Below, piece by piece: positions 52,001 to 62,351 of a DNA stretch of 64,000 nucleotides. The position numbers were made by a program, and so were the translations under genes. Within the stretch, counting starts at the first letter, position 1, and every line of letters begins with the position of its first letter. This DNA comes from Balanoglossus misakiensis (Eukaryota; Animalia; Hemichordata). The notes beneath the pieces are model-generated. The model saw nothing but the letters and a program-made list of their open reading frames with translations, did no database searches and was not told the DNA's origin. The stretch lies in the NCBI GenBank assembly GCA_040954595.2, contig CM082590.2, positions 7,068,001 through 7,132,000 of the forward strand. Reading direction: 5' to 3'.

Positions 52001-55000
52001 CTACTCACAAATTGAACAATCTTTATATGAGGAAGATCAGAAAGTTAAAGGGACAAAGTCTCTCTCTCGCTGCCCTTTTTTTCACTAATTATATTTGATA
52101 CAAGACACCGGTTGTTACTCTACATGTGGATATATAGTGAATCAATGTTCCATCACACACAACTTCCATACCTCTTATAGACAGGAGAGTGAAAAAACTC
52201 GCCAAAATGAATAATCGTTCTTTACCATTTATTCATTTTGGGCGAGTTTTTACTCTCATATCATACAAGTGGGAAGGAAGTTTTGTGTGGTTGAACGTTG
52301 ATTCACTATATATCCACATGTACATTAACATAAACAGTGTCTTGTATCAAACATAATTAATGGAAAAAAGGGCATCGAGAGAGAGACTTTGTCCCTTTAA
52401 TGTGAGCTAAACATACATTCAATGCAGATGATGTGCCTTAAAATCACAAAAGTCGCACATGTGCAGTTCAGACGCCACTACCCTTTTAAGTTACACCCAG
52501 AACAATTCTACATACCCATAGTACTTGATTGTGTACAGAACATTGGTCCAATCCTGACAGAGCCCTGACTCCCCTGGGAGAAAGTAACACTGACCAAAGG
52601 CAAATGGGGCCAGTAGGCCAGCAGTCCACCATCACTTCTCATGGTGCCGTCATTCGTGTTACATGTACATTCACTAGTTGATCAAAAAAATGAAATAATC
52701 AATAGGATGTACACAGTTAAAGGGAAGGGGTCGTCGCACCGCGTGGGTGTCCCCCTTGATGAGAATATGTCCTTCCATGCCAGCGCAAACCCCCACTGCA
52801 GTCGCCACGACCTACTAGGATCTTCAGTTGCTGTCATGCCCAGTCTACGCTAAAAGGGAAGGGGTCGTCGCGCTGTGTGGGTGTCCCCCTTGATGAGAAT
52901 ATGTCCTCCCATACCAGCGCAAACCCCCACTGCAGTCGCCACGACCTACTAGGATCTTTAGTTGCTGTCATGCCCAGTCTATGGTAAAGGGAAGGGGTCG
53001 TCGCGCCGCGTGGGTGTCCCCCCTTGATGAGAATATGTCCTCCCATACCAGCACAAACCTCACTGCAGTTGCCACGACCTATTAGGATCTTCCTTTGCTG
53101 TCATGCCCAGTCTATGCTACAGTTGGCTGCATGATCCATTCTGAGAATTATCTACTTTCAGGGATTTGTGGATGAATTGTAATGTTTATAAACAAATAAA
53201 CGCGGCGCGACAACCCCTTCACTTTAATATCCATAAGTGATGACAGCAATTGTAGCAAGATGTTGTGAGCACACACAGACAATTAATGCATGCTAGGCAC
53301 ATTATTTGCATATTTAAATTTTAAGTTTATTCTGCTTTACATAATTGGACTGTATCACAGTTTACTAATAGTTCAAGGCACTAGTTCATGTTCAACAACC
53401 ACTTGTAGCAATGTGGCATGTGCCAAGAGATTTTCGTCAGTCTAGAGCTATCCATTGTATTTAAAGTACATTTTAATCAATTGCCTTTCTTCAAACTGTG
53501 TAACATGGCAGAGGTCGCGGTAACATTTTTTTGAGTGCGTCTTTTTGACGCATTCATCCAAAAAAATGCGTCAAACTCCTTTCAGCCTGCGTCCTAGACA
53601 TGTCTAGTTCAATATTCATTAAACAAAATTAGCTACATTTTGAGTACAAAAGGTTGGGCGCACTAGTGATTATTTTGATCCCAGGGGGATAGTCAGCGGT
53701 ATGCGGTATCACGCGTATGGTTTCCGTTGACCATTGTGCATATAGAGCGGCCGTTCCTATGCGTCAATATTGACGCACTGATTAAGATATCTGCGTCAAG
53801 TGAGGATTTTTTGCGTCAAATACGCATACTTTTTGCGTAAACGCGACCTCTGCATGGGTACATTCCTTTTTGATTTTTTTTTCGGAGGGGGGGGGGGATG
53901 CGTCATTGATAACAAAACCTAGCAGGCTAAATAACGCCAGTACTCTGCCCCCTCATTGAAACACACAGCCATTTCACTCACCTTTCTCTTGGCGTACCTC
54001 CGCATTTATTGTCCAAACTACAGGTACACTTCTGCGAAGTTACACCTACTTGACCCCAGTATTGATGCGTCTTGCCACCATATGCTGTCCAGGTGAAGTC
54101 AAACTGCAAAAAAAGATAAATAAATTTTATAATTTATAATATTTTATACATACATACAAACATAAACACACATATACATACATACATACATAGGCATACA
54201 TACATACATACATACATACATACATACATACATACATACATACATACATACATACATACATACATACATACATTCAAACTACATACATACATACATGGAC
54301 ACATTATTTTACTGGATAGTTATCTCCGAAAAACATTTTTCGCACCTTTTAATTTTCCCATTTTTTGGCTCTCGCGTATTTCACGAAAATTTATTGCCCG
54401 CGAAAATAACCCGTTTTACAGTACACATTTTGAAGGGCTATCTTTAATTTACTAGAAGTGTGAGAATGGTCACTTACATTTGATGCAAGACAGTCAACTT
54501 TGACAGCCAGGTAGCACTTTTTCGTCTCTCCACGACGAATCAATCCGTAAATCTGAGAATGTGTAGCTTGTAGGTAGTTGATGGGTACAGTGACTGGTCC
54601 AGCACTTGTATCTGGGATCTCAATGCCCTTCTCCAAATCCGTATGTACAATAGTTACGCCTATCAAAGAAGATAGTTGAATTATATCGCGTTCACACAGG
54701 GATATTAGGACGTTTCTGAAACGTCTCAGGTGAAATACTGGCATAAATTAGTATGTGGCTGTGGACAGTATAGTCAGACGATAAGATTTCCTCAAAGGGA
54801 CAAAGTCTCTCTCTTGCTGCCCCTTTTCCATCAATTTTGTTTGATACAATACACCATTCATGTTAATGTACATGTGTATGTGTAGTGAATGAACGTTCAA
54901 CCACACACAACTTCCATCCCACTTGTAGGCTATGAGAGTAAAAACTCGCCCAAAATGAATAAATTGTAGAGAACGATTATTCATTTTGGCGAGATTTTTA

Positions 55001-58000
55001 CTTTCATATCCTACAAACATGATGGAAGTTGTGTGTGGTCGAACGTCGATTCACTATGTACATACATAAACGGTGTCTTGTATCAAACATAATTAATGGA
55101 AAAAGGGCAGCGAGAGAGAGACATTGTCCCTTTAAGCCATTTGGATTGTACCACAAGTACTACGGTACAGTTACTCGCTTCATATGGATGAAGTCCTGGG
55201 AGGACTTACAGACTGCCTAGTCCATGATCCATCTGGTGGAAGTCCAATATGCTGGGCAAAGTAGCACCCCCACAGGAGACAAAATTTCACTTACCTTTTA
55301 AAGTATCCGAATAATCCATGACACATTCCACCAAGAAGGGATCGTAATTTGCAGTTGGCCAAATAAGAACGGGTCCACTTTTGTAGCCCTGGTTGTACGC
55401 GGTATAACAGGTGGCTGGTAGATCTGAAAAGACAAACAGCGCAAAACATAATATTATTTCAAACATTCTGCACTTTGATTCAATGTAAAACACAATCATT
55501 TCACACATTATCAAAACAGTTGTACTTTTTAAAGGACTGGACTCACTCATTTAGTCACCAGTTTAGTCTCCTGATGAGTGAGTCCAGTGACTCACAAAAC
55601 AGCGTTGTAGAGATTAAACCGCCTTTCGTTTCTCCTACTACCCTTCTTTATACCCCGCTCTACTTTTGTATTGAGCACTTTGTATCGGACCAGTCGAACC
55701 GCATACTTCGTATACATACATACATACATACATACATACATACATACATACATACATACATACATACATACATACATACATACATACATACATAAAAGTA
55801 AACCAACATTCGTTATACTGTAAAACACTTTATTTTCACGATTTGAAATTTTCGCGATATCGAGAGAGTCCACAGTTAATTTTTGCGTTCTCTTATTTAT
55901 TTCATTCACTGCATCGTTATCTTCAAAAAAAAATTATGACTTTTTATTTTCACGCTATTTTGGCTCTCGCGTATTTCGCGAAAATATATTGCTCACGAAA
56001 ATAAAGGGTTTTACAGTATCCCTTACCAAATGGCTGGTGTCCACATCTAACGTCGCCAATAATTGCAGTAGCACTGGACGTGTCACTACCAAACACTTCG
56101 CCGAAATTGAGACTAGCCACGGGCAAGAGGTCCCTGTTGATGACCAACCCACTGTCATGGTTGGGCTCCGTGTCCATGGCGTCGCAGGTACACGTCTGGC
56201 CGGCCGGGCAGATGTCGAAGAGCTGACAGGGGCACCCGACGTCGATGTAGGACTCGGCCCCCGCCCAGGCAGTCACGGGTTGTCGGTCGTACGACGTGAA
56301 GTATCCCAGCAACGGGGCGTTGTCGTTGATCAGGTGGGCTCCTTCGCATTGGTATTGCAGAGGCTGTATACAGAGAAGAAGACGTTTAAAAAGGTACAGT
56401 ACATGATCTGTCCTTACAAGTGATAACCATAAACGGTGCAACCTGGTTCTCTTGAGAATATTAGGGTTGTTCCACTGTATTATCTAAAGCGTACTTGTAA
56501 TACAGAGCAATACATAGCCATATTTTGTTTACAAGCTCTGCAAAACTTCCTTCACTTATGCAACACTATTCTTCGATATCAAATGACGTCAGACGCGCTC
56601 AGGCGACAGTTAGATCAGCATTCAAATTTCCAGATGACGGGCAACTTCAGCAACGTGGTGCAGACAAAGACCGTGCAGACGAAATGCAACGAGGCTGATG
56701 AGGCACCATACCTGATACATGTTATGTGTCTGGTGGTTCTAAAGTAAAACATACTCGGAAAAACTTTTACTGGATGCCGAAATATTGTTTGCCCGTCATC
56801 TGGAAATGACAACGCCGTGGGTCACATGGCCAGATCACGTGATTAGAGAATAATGAACGCCCCAAAGACCCATAATGGACGAAAGCACACATTGTGCGTC
56901 ATAATATACGAGGCGAAGCCGAGTATATTATTGAGCTAGCACAATGTGTGCTTGAGTCCATTATGGGTCTTTGGGGCGTTCATTATTCTCATTATTTTAT
57001 AGTTTTGTCAATGCCAGTGAATTTGCAGACTTCAAAAAGTATAGGTGCGAACAATTCAGACTCGGACACGGAGATCGAGAACAGAGCAATGGCGTACGCG
57101 TAAACAAAAGGTCACCTGATCGCGGTGTATCAGTGTACTGTACATTTCTAGTATCATATTCAAACATCAGGAAATAAATAATGAAGGTTTATTAACGCAT
57201 GTGAAAATTCATTTAAGGGTTCTGCTGAAATATATCTGAAAAAGTTTCGATTTTTGTGTAATCTTGGGGATGACTCGGGGAATATTTGAATTCGTTTGCG
57301 TTCTCAGGAAAGTTCACGTATACGGGCGCTCGGAAGGTTGCAATACATAAACAAACTCGCCCTCGATCGACCCTCCGTACCGCGTAGACAACATGACAGT
57401 GACACTTGCGGCATATTTTTTTACGTATAGCTTCGTTGACATGACTGCTTTGTACATGGTACACGGTATGTATGGTGAACGAATGTCAAATCCAGCATCA
57501 TGGAGAGGTTTGCTTTACGTGCGTGAGTGAGCCATGTTGACTGCGCGTGATTCAAGAGCAGACGACATGTACTGCAGCCGTAGGAAGAAAAAATAAACAA
57601 AATGCCAGTCGAGGACAGATATAGAAATTAATAAATATCGCCGTATTTATTCTGTGTACGTTTGCATTTCTTTTTTAGCCCTTAAAATGTTCGCATTGTT
57701 TGAAATCCTCCGTTATTCAGTCGGAAATTGTACACGTCCACTGGTTCTTGGGCGCGTCGCGCGTCCATCGAATAACACGATACATTATCAGTAATAATGT
57801 ATAGCTATGACGTCACAAAATTCGCTGGTATTGATAAAGCTATAATATAATTGATAGTAAAGAATTATTATACAACTTAGCTATACTCTGAAATGTTTTA
57901 TTCTCATACACAGAATTCCATACTGCATTGTGCTTACATATAGGTGCTGTGAAATGTTTGGACTGTACCTGTTGGCAGAATTGCGAGGTCTGTGCCAAGG

Positions 58001-61000
58001 CTTGTATTTGCTCGTAGCTCGCCGCTTCATATTGGATGTCGTACACTGAATTTTCTGCTACCATGATAATGCTCTCACTCGCCAGTCGCACCTAAGAATG
58101 ATATCAACTTTGTCAGTGTATAGTGATGTAAAGACGAACACTTATAGGCCTATGCCAGAAAAGGATTAGACAGGGGATTGAGAACTAGACAATGAAGAAA
58201 GAGAAACCAAACAGTTTGCAAACGTTTGAAAATTTTACAATGTTTTAGCACAATTGATAATATGGTCAATTATAAAGACAGTCTGTTTGTTGTTTTGTTT
58301 AGGTCTATGCCACACTGACTCTCTTGCTCGCCAACTGCACCTACGGAGGACATTACTTGGGTCAGTACGTGGTGTTGATGCTATTAACAATGAAAAGTTA
58401 GGAAGTGTGAATTAGCAATGTGTTCAACTACAGAATAAACATCACTATGTTTGCTGAATAGCCTTTTCACCCCAGTTCTCACTATACTGGTCCACATTCA
58501 CCATAGAAAACAATACATTTGGACCACATCATTGTGGTGAGGGGGTTAATTAAATGCCATAAAAATCTTACCTCAGTAATTCCTATTCCACCAAATTTCT
58601 TAAAGTCACAGTAAACTTTGAACGGCTCAAGATCACCGGTCAGATCTGGATCGATTGCGTAAGAGTGGTCGCCATTCGGGTTGTAGTTCACTTCAGCTAA
58701 GAGGATTTCCCGGCAATTGCGAAGAAGTCCTGTGCAAACAGAAAATAGTTTATCAAAACAACTAAAATAACGGTCAAGAATTACACCAGCCTTGTGCATT
58801 GAACGCCATTAATCTGTGGCAGCAGATTCGACTTTTTATAAAGTTACTGGACAAAGACACCAGGGTGTCAAATTAAAGGGACAAAGTCTCTCTCTCGCTG
58901 CCCTTTTTTCCATTAATTATGTTTGATACACAACACCGTTCTATTATTGTACATGTGGATATATAGTGAATTGACGTTCAACCACACACACCTCCCAGGA
59001 CAAAGTCTCTCTCTCGCTGCCCTTTTTTCCATTAATTATGTTTGATACACAACACCGTTCTATTATTGTACATGTGGATATATAGTGAATTGACGTTCAA
59101 CCACACACACCTCCCAGGACAAAGTCTCTCTCTCGCTGCCCTTTTTTCCATTAATTATGTTTGATACACAACACCGTTCTATTATTGTACATGTGGATAT
59201 ATAGTGAATTGACGTTCAACCACACACACCTCCCAGGACAAAGTCTCTCTCTCGCTGCCCTTTTTTCCATTAATTATGTTTGATACACAACACCGTTCTA
59301 TTATTGTACATGTGGATATATAGTGAATTGACGTTCAACCACACACACCTCCCAGGACAAAGTCTCTCTCTCGCTGCCCTTTTTTCCATTAATTATGTTT
59401 GATACACAACACCGTTCTATTATTGTACATGTGGATATATAGTGAATTGACGTTCAACCACACACACCTCCCAGGACAAAGTCTCTCTCTCGCTGCCCTT
59501 TTTTCCATTAATTATGTTTGATACAAGACACTGTCTATGTTAATGTACATGTGGATATATAGTGAATCAATGATCAACCACACAAAACTTCCATCCCACT
59601 TGTATGATATGAGAGTAAAAACTCGCCCCAAATGAATAAATGGTAAAGAACGATTATTCATTTTGGCGAGTTTTTCACTCTCCTGTCTATAAGGGGGATG
59701 GAAGTTGTGTGTGGTTGAACGTTCATTCACTATATATCCACATGTAGAATAATAAACGGTGTCTTGTATCAAATATAATTAATGGAAAAAAGGGCAGCGA
59801 GAGAGAGACTTTGTCCCTTTAATGATTATTACAGTTCCTTTGATACGAGTTTCTCTTGATGCAAGGGGGTAATCATTTGATTTCTGGGGGGAAGGTGTAC
59901 TGGTATGTCAGCAATTTATTTCTCGAGCCATTCTGTTTCATCTGCCAATCAACCTTTTTTCTTTGGGGCATTGCATTATATTTTTTGGTCCATGGCACCA
60001 TCTGCCAACAAAGGTTTTTCCCTAAAAATCCTCCATCCACCTCATAAAATCAAATGGTTCTCTCCTGGGGATTCTACGGTTTATTATGTCTATAATCCCA
60101 ATACTGTAAAACACTTTATTTTCGCGAGTTGAAATTTTCGCGATATCGAGAGTGGCCACTGTTTCGCGAGTATTAATTTTCGCGTTCTCTTATTTCATTC
60201 ACTGCATCGTTATCTTCAAAAACAATTTACGTTACTTTTTATTTTCATGCTGTTTTGACTCTCGCGTATTTCGCGAAAATGTATTGCTCGCGAAAATAAA
60301 GTGTTTTACAGTATTTACTCATTTTTTTACCACGCAAATATTACCTGAGCATTTCAACGGACCAATCTCAATCTGCCTCAGTGAACCATCTGCTGATGAG
60401 GGATATCTGAACTCGCTAACAGGCAAGGTATCTTTATCGAGCAGAAGACCGTCGTCCACGTGGATGTCGCCATCAATTTGTGAGCACTGGCATTCCCCTC
60501 CTGCACACCCAACTCCGTCTGCAGTTGAAGTAATGGGTATGGGAATGAGAAGATGGGTGAATTGGTCGGCAGTATCGAATGGTGGTTGTTTTGAGTTGTT
60601 GTTGTTGTTGTGACTGAGTGAGTGAGTGAGTTAGTTAGTTAGTAAGTGAATGAGTGAGTTAGTTAGTTAGTTAGTGAGTGAGTGAGACAGTGAGAGTGAG
60701 TGACTGGATGAGTGAGAGTTACTGTGTGTACGTGAGTGAATATTAGTCAGTCAGAGATTCACTGAGTCAATGCGTGAGTGAGTGAATCAATCTAAGAATT
60801 ATTCCATTGCCTATTCTGTCTTTGTAGAACCGACTTGGCGTTTTATATTGACATGAGCATCCTTTGTATTATGGTATAAACACATGATGAAATAAATTAG
60901 AGAAGTTCCAGTCGGGGATTTGGCGGGAGGGGGTATGAACTATTTAATGTTCACCATGAGTTACTGGTTTATGAGTGCAAACAGATTACACTGAGTACCA

Positions 61001-62303
61001 TAAGTATTATTAACGTGAAACTTACAGGTATTACCAGCCCAGTACGCCATGTGTATACCATCCCTATCATACCATCCGTGGCCGCCATTCAAATTCAAAA
61101 TGGCGTCCTGGCAAGTGTAGGCCATGTACTGCGTGCAGTATGTTGAAAAGTTGGCCAGGGCTTCTAGCTGTGAGGGTGAGGCGTGTCTGTATTCGGTGGT
61201 AACCTTGCCGGCCTCATTGGTCAGATTCTTTCGCCCTTCATCGTTATGGTGAACAATCTGAAGAGATTAGCAGACGACACTTTTTAGAAGCGAAAGTGAA
61301 CAAATTTCTGTGATTTTGTAGTTCTTCACAAACCCCTTAATCATGGGTAGGAGAAACAGGCAGTATGATTAGAAGTAGATTTGGATCGAAATAATCAAAG
61401 GAAATCAGGTACAATGTTAAAGCAGAATAGTTGTAAATTCCAAATACACTAAAAATAATACACGGAAATTGTGAATCCGTAACTTGAAACTATAAACCTT
61501 GCACATGCAAGCATACTTTCCAATTACTTTGTCCGAATATTTAACTTTAAAGGTAAACGGTCACCTCCAATTGACATATGTCCATAAATGGCTAAAACGG
61601 CGTATCTGAGTGCTCTTTTATTTGTGTGTGCCACCCACTGAAAATCTGTGATTGGCTAGATCTCAATTTACCATGGTGACTGTAGCTATATTTGCATGGG
61701 TGGGTGACCGTATACCTTTACGTAACCAATAACACAACACAGCTTCTAATTGGTTAATAATGTAGTATGCAAATCAGAACCAACGTACTGTTACTCCGAG
61801 TGGCGGATACTCCATCATTTCACAGTACACCGGGAATGGGTCGACCGGACCATCTCCATCCGGATCAATCACCCAAGGCTCACTGGTGTGAACTTGACCG
61901 ATTGACCGACGTTCTTGGCAGTCCTTGTACATGTCTGTAGAAATTTGAAGGTCGTGTGAGAGAAGTTGTTCTTCATAAAAAATACAATCATGTCAAATTT
62001 TCATGTGGTTAAATATAAGATGCATGTACACCAATTTGTGGCATTTGGTTGTCTGACAGAAAAAGAAACTTTACAAGATTTGAAGAACTTTAAATGCAAA
62101 TAGACTGAAGTACTTACAAACACATACGCAACACTGGTTATAAGTTGAAGTAACTCAAACATTTTCAATTTTGTAAGTGACGACATTTTGCTCATATAAT
62201 TACTTATGTGGTTATTTATTCCAATTTCCAGAATTGTGCCTTTGTTTCTTCAAACTCTCTCTCCTCTCACACCTCACCCAACACACATACTGACACACAC
62301 ACA

Positions 62304-62351
<48 letters not shown>

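Noticed and set aside
58873-59520. CRISPR-like regular array (also 50874-51480, 52717-53120)
   Set aside because: Units are contiguous with no unique spacers, derive from MITE ends, have no cas genes nearby and lie in spliceosomal introns.
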